64,000 bases of DNA, taken from assembly GCA_044222185.1 (NCBI GenBank), contig JBGANV010000001.1:1283155-1347154 (forward strand). Direction: 5' to 3'. Made by a program: the position numbers and the translations under genes. The stretch is from Planctomycetota bacterium (GTDB lineage: Bacteria; Planctomycetota; GCA-002687715; CAIWVZ01). Positions 9,388 to 18,874 of the stretch are shown piece by piece (within the stretch, counting starts at the first letter, position 1; each line of letters begins with the position of its first letter). The notes beneath the pieces are model-generated. The model searched no databases. It saw only the letters and a program-made list of their open reading frames with translations, and was not told the origin of the DNA.

Positions 9388-10535
9388 CGGCCGACGAGCT
9401 CCATGCAGAGGTCCTCGCGTCGTTGCTCGAGCTCACACGCGGAGACACTCCAACCGCCGCGTGCGTGCGGCTGATCGCCCGCCTGCAGGACGACGAAAGG
9501 CTCGGACGCATCGACGCGTCGACCGCCGCGGTCTTCCTCCCGGACTTTCACCTCACGACGCGCCGCAAATCGCAGGACTACAAGTACTCGTTCCACTTCG
9601 TCACGCAGGACAAGCCGAGCCATCGCGCGGAGCTCCTCGAGGCGCTGCTCCTGCAACTTCGCGCCGCGCAACGCCGGGTGACGGCCGCGGGGGGTGCGTT
9701 CGAACTCCACCAGCTGGGCGACTTCATCGATTTCTGGCGCGCGCGGGACTTCATCGAGCCCGACGCCGCATCGGTCAAGGGCGTGTCCCAGGCGATCTTC
9801 GCGGAGATGCCGTTCCTCGTCCCGGGATTCGTCGAGCGCAGGACGATCTACCGCGGACGCTTCCTGGCGGGGAATCACGACCCGCACCTGGCGTCGCTCG
9901 ACGGGATCAACTGTGCGAGGAGTCGGTTGCTCGAGAACGGTGAGACGGGGGAAGCCGTCGCCCTGGTCACGCACGGCGACCTGTTCGACGACCTCGAGCA
10001 GCAGTTCAGCGAAGGTCTGAAGCGAACCATGGTCCGGTTGTTCGGCCCCGACGCCACACCATCGACGTACGCCATCCCGAAGACCGACGACGTCCTCGAG
10101 GGATCCCGCCCCGCAATCACGCTCCAGTCCGTCGATGATCCGATTCCGGCCGTCGTGAACGTGTGCACCATCGACACGAAAACCGAGACCGGCAGTGAAA
10201 CGTCGAAGGCCGCGCTCAACCGCCAGCACGAGCTGCTGGCGCATGCGACCGAGGCCTTCCGCGGGCTCCGCGCAGGCAACGCCGCGGATGCGGCGCGGCT
10301 CGACCTCGACGTCGACGGCGCCCTGCCGGACCTGCAGGCGATCGTCGTCGGGCACTCCCATCATCCGCGCATCGTCGCGGTGGACGAGGACGGCGAGCCC
10401 GCCTTCGTTCTGTTCGATCCGGGCGCCTGGATCGAGAAGATCAGGATCAACGACGGCGACACCGCCCACAGTGCGCAGGTCGGCGTCCTCTGCGGATCAG
10501 ACGCCCGGATCTACCAGCTCGACCCGCTGGGCTGA
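9384..10535 (+). CDS. Calcineurin-like metallophosphoesterase with ~60-aa N-terminal extension and large insertion
   Basis: All MPE motifs in order: PDFH (DxH), LGDFID (GDxxD), AGNHD (GNHD/E), VVGHSHH (GHxH); ATGA-coupled to upstream gene. Confidence 0.7.
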   Translation: MTADELHAEVLASLLELTRGDTPTAACVRLIARLQDDERLGRIDASTAAVFLPDFHLTTRRKSQDYKYSFHFVTQDKPSHRAELLEALLLQLRAAQRRVTAAGGAFELHQLGDFIDFWRARDFIEPDAASVKGVSQAIFAEMPFLVPGFVERRTIYRGRFLAGNHDPHLASLDGINCARSRLLENGETGEAVALVTHGDLFDDLEQQFSEGLKRTMVRLFGPDATPSTYAIPKTDDVLEGSRPAITLQSVDDPIPAVVNVCTIDTKTETGSETSKAALNRQHELLAHATEAFRGLRAGNAADAARLDLDVDGALPDLQAIVVGHSHHPRIVAVDEDGEPAFVLFDPGAWIEKIRINDGDTAHSAQVGVLCGSDARIYQLDPLG

Positions 10536-10553
10536 GCCGGCGGGCGGGCTGCA

Positions 10554-11891
10554 TCACGCGCGGGCCGACAGCGTGTCGATGCGCTGCCGGAGCTGCGCGG
10601 CGAGATCCGCGCGGGCGATGGTCACCTGCTCTCCCGTGGCGAGGGTCTTCAGGTTCACGGTGCCGGCCGCGAGCTCAGCGGTGCCTGCAATCACGGCGAA
10701 CGGAATGCCCTTGCGCTCCGCGTGCTGGAACTGCTTCTTCATCTTGTCGGGTTCGAGGAAGAACTCCGTCGGGATTCCGGCAGAACGCAGCTCGGTCGCG
10801 AGCGCGAGAAGCGCCGCCACGGGCGTGTCGGCGAGTCGCATCACGAGGGCTTGCGCCGGCGTCTCGCGGCGGCGGAGCAGGTCGTACTTGAGGAGAGCCG
10901 CAAGCACGCGCGACAGGCCGATGGAGACTCCCGTCGCCGGGGTCGCCTCGCGCCCGAAGATCGTCATCAGGTCGTCGTAGCGGCCTCCGCCTCCCAAGCT
11001 GCCGAACTTGTCGGCAGTCGTGAGGACGACCTCGTAGACGGGGCCGGTGTAATAGTCGAGTCCCCGCGTCAGCGAGAGGTCGACGCCCACGCGCGCCAGG
11101 CTGACGCCGAGTGCTTCCGTGTGCTGCAGCACCTCGCGAAGTTCGTCGATTCCCACGCGCGCCGATTCCTCCGCCCTAAGCACGTCCTCGGCCGTCTGGA
11201 GGACGTGGCGCGGAGTGCCCGTGATGCTCATCAACTCGACGAGCTTGCCGATGGCCGAATCGGGGACGCCGATCTCCCGCAGCTCGGCCGTCACGCCGTC
11301 CATGCCGATCTTGTCCAGCTTGTCGACGACGCGCAGCACGTCCGCGTCGCGCTCCTTGGGCAGACCGGCGAACGACACCATGCCCCGCAACAGCTTCCGG
11401 TTGTTGAGCTTGACTTTGAACTCGCGGATCCCGAGGGCGAGGATGCCCTCGTGAACGACGGCGACGTTCTCCGCGTCCGCGATCAGCGACGCCGTCCCGA
11501 CGGTGTCGACGTCACACTGGTAGAACTCGCGGAATCGCCCCTGCGCCGGCTGCGGCCGATCGGCGCGCCACACGGGCTGGATCTGGTAGCGCTTGAACGG
11601 CTTCGGCAGCTCGGGGTGCATGGCGACGAGCCGCGCGAGAGGAACCGTGAGGTCGTAACGGAGCGCGAGCGTCTTCCCGTCCTCGTATGCGAGCCGGTAG
11701 ATCAGCTTTTCTCCCTCGACGCCGTACTTGCCGAGGAGGATGTCCAGGTACTCCATCGCCGGCGTTTCCACGGGAGCGAACCCGAAACGCTCGAAGACGC
11801 GCACGAGGGTCCGCAGAAGGTCCTGCTGCGGCAGCAGTTCGCCGGGAAGGATGTCGCGGACTCCGTGGTAGAGGCGGGCGTCGACGGGCAT
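10554..11891 (-). CDS. hisS: Histidine--tRNA ligase
   Basis: Internal ATG (MPVDARLYHGVRDILP) of 667-aa ORF; class II aaRS motifs (RYDLTVPLARLVA, FREFYQCD, GGGRYDDL) and anticodon-binding domain; upstream 222 aa of the ORF is Arg-rich noncoding-frame read-through. Confidence 0.9.
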   Translation of the reverse strand: MPVDARLYHGVRDILPGELLPQQDLLRTLVRVFERFGFAPVETPAMEYLDILLGKYGVEGEKLIYRLAYEDGKTLALRYDLTVPLARLVAMHPELPKPFKRYQIQPVWRADRPQPAQGRFREFYQCDVDTVGTASLIADAENVAVVHEGILALGIREFKVKLNNRKLLRGMVSFAGLPKERDADVLRVVDKLDKIGMDGVTAELREIGVPDSAIGKLVELMSITGTPRHVLQTAEDVLRAEESARVGIDELREVLQHTEALGVSLARVGVDLSLTRGLDYYTGPVYEVVLTTADKFGSLGGGGRYDDLMTIFGREATPATGVSIGLSRVLAALLKYDLLRRRETPAQALVMRLADTPVAALLALATELRSAGIPTEFFLEPDKMKKQFQHAERKGIPFAVIAGTAELAAGTVNLKTLATGEQVTIARADLAAQLRQRIDTLSARA

Positions 11892-11951
11892 GCGTGAGGA
11901 TCCGGACTGGGCCTGAGGCTTGGACTGCGGACTCCGGCAGCGCACGCGGCG

Positions 11952-12710
11952 GTGCGGGATTCGCCGAACGTCCGAGGAACGTATCATCGGGCGCCGATGC
12001 GACCCATCCGGCCGAGCGCTGCCGATCCGCCGACGTCGACCACGAACGATCCACGGGATCTCGCGGTCGGACGCGCGCCCGTGCGCATGCGTGCGGCCAT
12101 CGGCGTCGCCATCGCGCTCCAGGTCCTTCTGCTCTGGAGGCTCACGAGCGCACCGCGCGCGGCGTCGCTTGCGGCGCCGGCCGAGGCCTCGCCCACTCGG
12201 CCGGTCGCGGCGACGACCGCACCGGCGCCGTCGTCGGATGGGCGGCGGCCCCCAAGCCCGCGGTTCATCGACTTTCCGGCCACGGCGACCTTCGCCGGCA
12301 AGCCCGCGCCCGTGGACCTGGACAGCGCGCCAGACGCCCGGATGTTCCGCACGCGCCTGCGCGCCGGGGCCGCGGAAGGTCCAAACTTCGCTGGGGATCA
12401 GACAGTCGTGACCTGGGGGTGCGGTACGAACTGCCAGGTCGTCGCGATCGTCGACGCACGGTCCGGCCGCGTGTACTTCCCGGGCATCATTTCGGAAACG
12501 GGCCTGGCGTTTCGCCGGGACAGCCGCTTGCTGATCGAAAACCCGGCCGATTCGCACGACGTGCGCGCGGATGAACGCGCCCCACGGCCCGACGACGAGG
12601 GGGCGCGACTCTTCGGCGGCCCCAATTTCTACGCCTGGAACGGGACGAGCCTGGTGCCGATTCTGGTCGACGACACGTTCGGCCTGCCGTTCCCGGCCTG
12701 GGCGCGATGA
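11952..12710 (+). CDS. Hypothetical protein (possible signal/TM near N-terminus); start uncertain (alternatives about 11997 or 12087)
   Basis: Only long + strand ORF divergent from hisS; hydrophobic segment MRAAIGVAIALQVLLLW; GC3-rich codons; no family recognised. Confidence 0.35.
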   Translation: MRDSPNVRGTYHRAPMRPIRPSAADPPTSTTNDPRDLAVGRAPVRMRAAIGVAIALQVLLLWRLTSAPRAASLAAPAEASPTRPVAATTAPAPSSDGRRPPSPRFIDFPATATFAGKPAPVDLDSAPDARMFRTRLRAGAAEGPNFAGDQTVVTWGCGTNCQVVAIVDARSGRVYFPGIISETGLAFRRDSRLLIENPADSHDVRADERAPRPDDEGARLFGGPNFYAWNGTSLVPILVDDTFGLPFPAWAR

Positions 12711-12756
12711 GAGTCGGGCCGGCCGGTTCGCGGAAGGAAGTGGGGGCGCGGCGCGC

Positions 12757-12786
12757 TTGACGTCCCACGTCCCTGCACGCTACGAT
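12757..12786 (+). promoter_or_regulatory. Sigma70-like promoter candidate (TTGACG-18 nt-TACGAT) upstream of lipoprotein gene
   Basis: TTGACG at 12757-12762, TACGAT at 12781-12786; GGAGGA Shine-Dalgarno about 8 nt before the 12849 ATG. Confidence 0.3.
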
Positions 12787-12848
12787 CCCGCCCACTTGAA
12801 CTTAGGTGCCGCCGCCAACGCACCGGCGGACACCCTCGGAGGAATAGG

Positions 12849-13202
12849 ATGTCGAAACTCTCTCTGGTCGCGTGCGCCGCGCTCCTCATCACGCTCGGGG
12901 GCTGTGTCTCCGGCGAGGCGTACGGCGTCTTCACGGACGACAACGCGACGACCCTGAACGGCGAGCCGGTGTCCGGAAACAACGACTACGGTGCTCACGT
13001 CTCCAACTACGTGACGTCACAGGGGACGCATCTCGAGCACGCCTTCAAGACGGCGGGCCTGTGGCTCCTGAACACGAACTTCGAGTACCCGCCGTACGAG
13101 ACGTTCCTGGACGACCAGATGCCGCGCGCCATGTGGACCATCGAGAAGACCGTCGACGTCCACCTCTTCAACTACGACTGGGACGATCCCTTCCTCGAGT
13201 GA
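12849..13202 (+). CDS. Small hypothetical lipoprotein (116 aa)
   Basis: ATG with GGAGGA RBS; lipobox LITLGGC; no family recognised. Confidence 0.55.
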   Translation: MSKLSLVACAALLITLGGCVSGEAYGVFTDDNATTLNGEPVSGNNDYGAHVSNYVTSQGTHLEHAFKTAGLWLLNTNFEYPPYETFLDDQMPRAMWTIEKTVDVHLFNYDWDDPFLE

Positions 13203-14137
13203 GGATCGCCGGCGCAGCCTGCGCCGAAGTCGTCAACGATCAGATCCACGACCGTGGTCGGATCGTCGCCTCGCCGGAGCGTGAACCATCGCGCGCCGGC
13301 GAGTTTTCGTAGCCACGTCAACTGTTTTCGCGCAAAGCGCCTCGTCTGGGCCTGCACCGCGTTGACGGTCTCCACCAACGTGCGCCGCCCGAGCACGAAC
13401 TCGGCGACGTCGCCGTAGCCGAGCGCGTCACGCGACTCGCGACCGAATCCCCCGTCGTCGAGGATCCGCCGCACCTCGTCCACGAATCCCGCGGTGAACA
13501 TCTGCCGGACCCGTGCGTCGATGCGTTCGTCCAGGACGTCGCGTTCGAACGTCAGGACGTAGGTGCGGTGCGGGAACGCAGCCGGAACCGTCAACCGGCG
13601 CTGCAGCTCGGAGATCGGCTCGCCCGTGAGATGATGGACCTCGAGCGCCCGTTCGATCCGCTTCATGTCGTTTTCATGGATGCGACTCGCGGCCACCGGG
13701 TCCAGGCGGGACAGCCGCGCGTGCAGTGCGGGAACGCCCTGGCTGCGGGCCTCCTCCCGGAGTCCCTCTCGGAACGCCGCGTCCGCCCCGGGGCCGTCGA
13801 ACACCCCGTGCAGAAGGCCCCGCAGGTACATCTGGGTGCCGCCGACCACGACCGGACAGTGCCCTCGTTCGGCGATCTCCCTGAGCGTCGCCGTCGCCAG
13901 GTCGGTGAACCGCCGCAGGTTCATGCTCTCCCGTGGGGAGATCAGATCCATCAGGTGATGGGGAACGCCCGCCTGCTCGCTCGGCCCCGGCTTCGCCGTC
14001 CCGATGTCCATCCCCCGATAGACCTTCATGGAGTCCAGGACGACGACCTCGCCGGATAGCCGGCGAGCGACCTGGGCACCAACGGTGTTCTTTCCCGAAG
14101 CGGTGGTGCCCGTGAGGATGAGGACGGGGCGATTCAT
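13172..14137 (-). CDS. miaA: tRNA dimethylallyltransferase
   Basis: Internal ATG (MNRPVLILTGTTASGKNTVG P-loop) of ORF 13172..14428; conserved MiaA blocks (VVLDSMKVYRGMDIGTAKP, HHLMD, RQLTWLRK). Confidence 0.85.
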   Translation of the reverse strand: MNRPVLILTGTTASGKNTVGAQVARRLSGEVVVLDSMKVYRGMDIGTAKPGPSEQAGVPHHLMDLISPRESMNLRRFTDLATATLREIAERGHCPVVVGGTQMYLRGLLHGVFDGPGADAAFREGLREEARSQGVPALHARLSRLDPVAASRIHENDMKRIERALEVHHLTGEPISELQRRLTVPAAFPHRTYVLTFERDVLDERIDARVRQMFTAGFVDEVRRILDDGGFGRESRDALGYGDVAEFVLGRRTLVETVNAVQAQTRRFARKQLTWLRKLAGARWFTLRRGDDPTTVVDLIVDDFGAGCAGDPHSRKGSSQS

Positions 14138-14265
14138 GACGCGATGCGTAGTTCCGACTGAGGGCGGCGCACGGTAACCCGCGCAGACACCTGCAACACC
14201 GGCGACTCGGGTCCACGACGCGAGCGACGCACCGCCCCATGCCCCGCCACGCGCCCTGAGATAGA

Positions 14266-15012
14266 GTGCTGCCGTCGATGACGTCCCAAACGATCGCGCA
14301 CCCCGGCAACCCGGCCCGAACCGTCGTCGAGCGGTTGCTCGGGCTTGCGTGGACGCGGAACCTGCGAGTCCCGGCGCTGTCGGCCATCGCGCTCCTCGCC
14401 GCGATGGTCTCCGGCGGCATCCAGGCATTGGTCACCCCGGCGTGGCCTGGGAGCAACGACCCCGCGCTCGAGCCCGCGGGTTCCCCCGGGGTCATCCGCA
14501 ACGGCGACCGCTTCGAATTCATCGGCACCGTGCCCTGGACGGGACGCCAGAAGGTCGGTGGCCGTGCCATCCTCTTCGGCGATTCGGCTGGCCAACCTGC
14601 GCCCGCGGCACCCTACATCCATTACACGTCGAACGGCATCGTCGTCCGCGAGAAAACGTCGGTCGAGACGGTTCAGCCCGTCGAAGCCGAACGGCGCGCG
14701 CGGATGGTGGCGTTCGCGCTCGTGCTGACCCAGTCGTTCATCTTCGGCGTGTTGTTCCTCTTCGTCGTGCGATTGATGCTCCGCGCTCGGCGCTTCGACA
14801 TTCCGTTTCCAGGTCAACTCGCGCTTCTCGCGCGCGCCTTCATCCCGGCGACGCTCGTCTCCGGCGTCGTCGCGGCAGTCGTGCCCCAATCGCTCTCGGC
14901 GCTCGTTCCACAGTTCGTTCTCGCCGGCCTGTTCTCGGCGAACGTTCTCCTCGTCACTTCGAATCCCGAATTGCGTACGCCGGTCCCATCGGGCCCATCC
15001 TTCCAGGTTTGA
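14266..15012 (+). CDS. Hypothetical integral membrane protein
   Basis: ORF with GC3-rich codons, several hydrophobic helices (LSAIALLAAMVSGGI, FALVLTQSFIFGVLFLFVV, LAGLFSANVLLV); divergent from miaA; no family recognised. Confidence 0.4.
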   Translation: MLPSMTSQTIAHPGNPARTVVERLLGLAWTRNLRVPALSAIALLAAMVSGGIQALVTPAWPGSNDPALEPAGSPGVIRNGDRFEFIGTVPWTGRQKVGGRAILFGDSAGQPAPAAPYIHYTSNGIVVREKTSVETVQPVEAERRARMVAFALVLTQSFIFGVLFLFVVRLMLRARRFDIPFPGQLALLARAFIPATLVSGVVAAVVPQSLSALVPQFVLAGLFSANVLLVTSNPELRTPVPSGPSFQV

Positions 15013-15029
15013 ACGCACCGACCCCCGTG

Positions 15030-15920
15030 ATGAAATCCACCTGCCTCGCTCTGGCGTTGCTCGCTTCGCTCGTGCCCGCTCAGACTCCGCGGTCCGATCC
15101 TGCGGCGGAGTCCCGCGCTGAATCACGCGCCGAGACCCGCGCCGACTCCCGGCCTGCCGCGAGCGATCCAAAGGCCGTCGCGATCTTCCGAAAGGGAGCC
15201 GCTACGCAGGCGATGGACGGCAAGCCCGTCGTCATCCAGGATTTCCAGGCCGACTTCGAAGCGACGCTCTTCGAGTTCGACGAGAAGACCAAGGAGCGCC
15301 GTCCGCATTCCGCCCACCTCACCGAGTTCTGGAAACGAACCAGCGACCCGATGGCGCGATACCGGCGGCACCTGATCGAGCCCCTCGACCAGAAGACGAC
15401 GGTCCACGGGTATGACGGGAGGATCTTCTGGCAGCAGCTCGGCACCGCCGCCGCGGACGAGCTCCGCGGTCGGAATGCGCGCACGGACGTTCAAAAGATC
15501 CGCGACGAGATCAACCGGACGACGGAATTCCTGAGGCTTCTCGTTCTCTCGAATCTGGAAGACGCCGGCGTCACCTGGACCATGACCCCGACGACGAAGG
15601 TGCGGACCAATGACGCGGAACGGGACGTGGTCGGCATCCGCCGGACGAAGGACGGCGAGCGCCCCATCGAGCTCCTCTTCGGCACGACCGACTCGCGACT
15701 CTATGCCTTCATTCGCGACGGTGACGACAAGCACCCCAAGGAGTCGATCCTCTTCGCCGTGCATGAACCCGTCGGCGTCGCCGGGGGCCGTCTCCTCGTA
15801 CCGCAGGTGATCCAGTACAAGGAGAACGACGCGCTCACGGTCGAGGCGCGCGTCGCGAAACCCACGGACCTGAAGTTCAACGTGAACCTGGAGGAGAAGC
15901 TCTTCCAGATCCCCCGCTGA
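15030..15920 (+). CDS. Hypothetical secreted protein (signal peptide, ESRA tandem tripeptide-like repeats at N-terminus)
   Basis: In-frame ATG inside ORF 14349..15920 giving signal peptide MKSTCLALALLASLVPAQT; AESRAESRAETRADSR low-complexity; no family recognised. Confidence 0.55.
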   Translation: MKSTCLALALLASLVPAQTPRSDPAAESRAESRAETRADSRPAASDPKAVAIFRKGAATQAMDGKPVVIQDFQADFEATLFEFDEKTKERRPHSAHLTEFWKRTSDPMARYRRHLIEPLDQKTTVHGYDGRIFWQQLGTAAADELRGRNARTDVQKIRDEINRTTEFLRLLVLSNLEDAGVTWTMTPTTKVRTNDAERDVVGIRRTKDGERPIELLFGTTDSRLYAFIRDGDDKHPKESILFAVHEPVGVAGGRLLVPQVIQYKENDALTVEARVAKPTDLKFNVNLEEKLFQIPR

Positions 15921-15935
15921 GGGACGCGTCCGCGC

Positions 15936-17720
15936 CTACTTCTTGCGCTGGAACTGGGTTTCCAGGTCCTTCAGCGACAACAGGAGCGACGTGTTGCGCC
16001 CGTGGGGGCAGTTGCGTGCCTCCGGATGCTCACGCTCATAGGCGATCAAGGCGCGCACTTCCGCATCGGGCAGCGCGTCGCTGAACTTCACTGCCGCCTT
16101 GCATGCGACGGTGGCGATGACGTCGTGCAGGAGCGCATCCCGGTCGACCGTCGCCCCTGAAGTGAGGACCTCGAGCGCCGCCTCGATGGCGCGTGCCGGA
16201 TCGACCCGGCGCAGCGCGGCCGGAACGCTACGCAGGGCGATCGCAGACGTGCCGAAGGCCTCGATGCGCAACCCGAGCCGAGCGAGGTCTGCTGCCCATG
16301 GCAGGATTCGCTCGCGGTCCGCCGCCGACACGTCGACGACGTGCGGCACGAGCAGCAGTTGATCTTCGCCATCGGAGGCGCGGAACCTCTCGAGAAGTTC
16401 GTCGAACAACTTGCGTTCGTGGAGCGCGTGCTGATCGAAGATCCGGATCCCGTCACCCACTTCGACGACGACGTAGGAGCGGTGAACCTGGAGGAAGCGA
16501 CCAGAAGGTGCGGGCTCCGGCGCGATGCCGTGAAAGAGCTGCGGCGTCCGCACCGGCAAGGCCTCCACGGGCGCCGCATCGGCAGGGGCCCGGCGCGGAA
16601 GCGACGCGAACGGCCGCACGAGCGGCGTTTCGCTCGACCATGCGGAGGACATCTGCGTCGCCCCCTCGCGGGCCACCATCGGGGCTCCGGCGTCGGTCGC
16701 TGCAGCCGATTCGCGCAGACGGACTCCGTGGCTTCCTGCCGCCCCGTCCAAGGCTCGCCGCAGCGCGCCCGTGACGAGGCCGAACAGCTTGTCCGCGTCC
16801 CGGAATCGGACCTCGGCCTTGGCGGGGTGCACGTTCACATCCACCTCCCCCGGGTCGACGGTGAGGAAGAGGAACGCGATCGGATGATCCTTGGGCATGA
16901 TCAGCCCGCGGTAGGCCTCGGTGATCGCGTACGAGAGCTTTCGGTCGCGGATCGCGCGCCCGTTCAGGAACAGGTACTGCTGGCGAGCGGTGGGCCGGAC
17001 AAGGTCGACCGGCGAAATGAACCCGACGAGGTGGGCGTCGCCGCGATGAGCCTCGCATCCGAGGAGCCGCGCCGCCACGTCCTCGCCGAAGAAGCTCGCG
17101 ATCCGCTCGCGGCGATCGGTGACTTCCGTCGCGGAGACCGAGCGCCTGCCGTTGTTCACGAGCTCGAGCGTCCACGCGGGGTCCGGCAACGCGAGCCGGG
17201 TGAGGACTTCGATCACCTGCGCAACCTCTGCACGGTCCTGCTTCAGGAACTGCTTTCGCGCAGGAACGTTGAAGAAGAGATTTGCGACCTCGACGCAGGT
17301 CCCCAACGGCGCCCCCGCCGGCTCGACGGCCTGCGCGCGACCGCCATCGACGACGATGCGCGCACCGATCGGCGCGGATTTCGGTCGTGAGGTGATGGTG
17401 AGGCGGGCGACGGATCCGATCGACGGAAGCGCCTCGCCGCGGAACCCGAGCGTCGTGACGCGGAAGAGGTCGCTGACGTCGGAGATCTTCGACGTGGCGT
17501 GAGGCAGGATGCAGCGGCCCAGGTCATCCGCGGCCATCCCGACCCCGTCATCCGTGACCCGGATGAGCTTGCCGCCGCCGTCTTCGATCTCGACGCGAAT
17601 GCGCCGGGCCCCGGCGTCGAGGGAGTTCTCCACGAGTTCCTTCACCACGCTGGCGGGCCGCTCGATCACCTCGCCTGCGGCGATGCGATTGGCGATCTCG
17701 GGCGGCAGGACACGGATCAC
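15936..17720 (-). CDS. mutL: DNA mismatch repair protein MutL
   Basis: N-terminal GHKL ATPase motifs (IRVLPPEIANRIAAGEVIERPASVVKELVENSLDAG, IRVTDDGVGM), C-terminal dimerisation domain. Confidence 0.9.
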   Translation of the reverse strand: MIRVLPPEIANRIAAGEVIERPASVVKELVENSLDAGARRIRVEIEDGGGKLIRVTDDGVGMAADDLGRCILPHATSKISDVSDLFRVTTLGFRGEALPSIGSVARLTITSRPKSAPIGARIVVDGGRAQAVEPAGAPLGTCVEVANLFFNVPARKQFLKQDRAEVAQVIEVLTRLALPDPAWTLELVNNGRRSVSATEVTDRRERIASFFGEDVAARLLGCEAHRGDAHLVGFISPVDLVRPTARQQYLFLNGRAIRDRKLSYAITEAYRGLIMPKDHPIAFLFLTVDPGEVDVNVHPAKAEVRFRDADKLFGLVTGALRRALDGAAGSHGVRLRESAAATDAGAPMVAREGATQMSSAWSSETPLVRPFASLPRRAPADAAPVEALPVRTPQLFHGIAPEPAPSGRFLQVHRSYVVVEVGDGIRIFDQHALHERKLFDELLERFRASDGEDQLLLVPHVVDVSAADRERILPWAADLARLGLRIEAFGTSAIALRSVPAALRRVDPARAIEAALEVLTSGATVDRDALLHDVIATVACKAAVKFSDALPDAEVRALIAYEREHPEARNCPHGRNTSLLLSLKDLETQFQRKK

Positions 17721-18874
17721 GTCCGCCTCCGAACCGGGGCCGCCGCGCCGGCGCGCCGCAGTCCGAGAGCGTCGGCGACGAACCGGTCCACGAGAACGCG
17801 GGGCGGGCCGCCGCCGGACTTCAGCCGCTTGTCCAGGTCCACCATCGCTTCGGTTGCGCGCCGGATCGACCGTCGCTTCCAGGCCTCGACCTGGACGCGG
17901 AGCTGTTCGCGGAACATCGGCGGTGTGCGAACCGCGGACGCCGCATCGTCGAACGACTCGCCGGCCTTCATCAGCGCGACGACCGCCCCGATGCGGCGCA
18001 GCTTCGAAGCCGTCGCCGCAGCGAGCATCATCGATATGGCCGTCTCGTCGGTGACTCGGCGCCCGCTCCCCTCGTCGATCCCGCGCTCGAAGAGTTCCGC
18101 CGACACCTCGAACGCCTTGCGGGCATCCGCCGACGCCACCGCCTCTGCAAATGCGAATGACGGGGACGTCTTGTTGACGCCGACCACGGCCTCGATGTCA
18201 CCCGCCGCGATCCTCGGTCGATTGGCGGTGTACAGGGCGAGCTTGTCGAGCTCCGCGCTCAGCTCCCGCAGGTCCGTTCCCGCGAACTGATGGAGCTGGA
18301 ACGCGTCCTCTGGCGAAAGTTCCTTCCCACGGAATCGCGCCTCTTCCACCACCCAGCGCGTGAGGTCGCTCTGCCACGCGGGCCCCCGGCCGCCGAACGG
18401 CGTGTCGTAGAGCGCGTCGCAGAAGACGACGACGCCGCCGCTCTTCTCCACGAGGCCGGCAAACCCGCTGGCGCCGGACTTCTTGCCGCCCCCCACCTCA
18501 CCGCCGCGAGCGGGCTTGGGGACGATCGAATCGCCTTCGAAGATCACGCGATGGCAGGCCTCACCCCCTTCGAAGAAGCGAATAAGCCGATCGGCGTGCG
18601 CCTTCACCAAGGCGTCGGCGCGACGAATGCGCAGCACGCGCTCGTCGCCAAAGAGGCTGCGCGTCCGGAGCGTGTCGAGCAGGCCGCCCAGGTCGTAGCT
18701 CTCGGCCTCCTTGGCGGCGGGTCCGTCGATGGACTCGAGGGCCAGGTCCGTGCCGTAGGCCTCGAGCAACCGTTCGATCACTCGATCGCGGAGCAACCCC
18801 TCGGCGCCGGTCACGATGGCCACGCGGACGGCCGCCAGATCCTGGCGCGATTTGAGGAACTCGAGGGCCTTCAC
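17717..18874 (-). CDS. holA: DNA polymerase III subunit delta (HolA-like)
   Basis: Putative GTG start (VKALEFLKSRQDLAAVRVAIVTGAEGLL) inside ORF 17717..19054; delta-subunit-like architecture; stop overlaps mutL start (ATGA); GTG overlaps upstream UbiA stop (GTGA). Confidence 0.65.
   Translation of the reverse strand: MKALEFLKSRQDLAAVRVAIVTGAEGLLRDRVIERLLEAYGTDLALESIDGPAAKEAESYDLGGLLDTLRTRSLFGDERVLRIRRADALVKAHADRLIRFFEGGEACHRVIFEGDSIVPKPARGGEVGGGKKSGASGFAGLVEKSGGVVVFCDALYDTPFGGRGPAWQSDLTRWVVEEARFRGKELSPEDAFQLHQFAGTDLRELSAELDKLALYTANRPRIAAGDIEAVVGVNKTSPSFAFAEAVASADARKAFEVSAELFERGIDEGSGRRVTDETAISMMLAAATASKLRRIGAVVALMKAGESFDDAASAVRTPPMFREQLRVQVEAWKRRSIRRATEAMVDLDKRLKSGGGPPRVLVDRFVADALGLRRAGAAAPVRRRT

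Noticed and set aside
11892-12557. 222-codon N-terminal extension of the hisS ORF (and similar upstream extensions of ORFs 32677..36786, 43041..46646, 50114..52615, 51160..52548, 62220..63707, 1810..3258, 13172..14428)
   Set aside because: Extensions are Arg-rich and low-complexity, lack homology-like motifs, and the conserved protein N-termini or signal peptides begin at internal ATG/GTG codons; starts trimmed accordingly
12849-13202. Small lipoprotein gene as possible toxin/antitoxin or immunity gene
   Set aside because: No partner small ORF, no recognisable toxin fold; its stop region overlaps miaA 3' end by 31 nt (convergent), which is likely neutral
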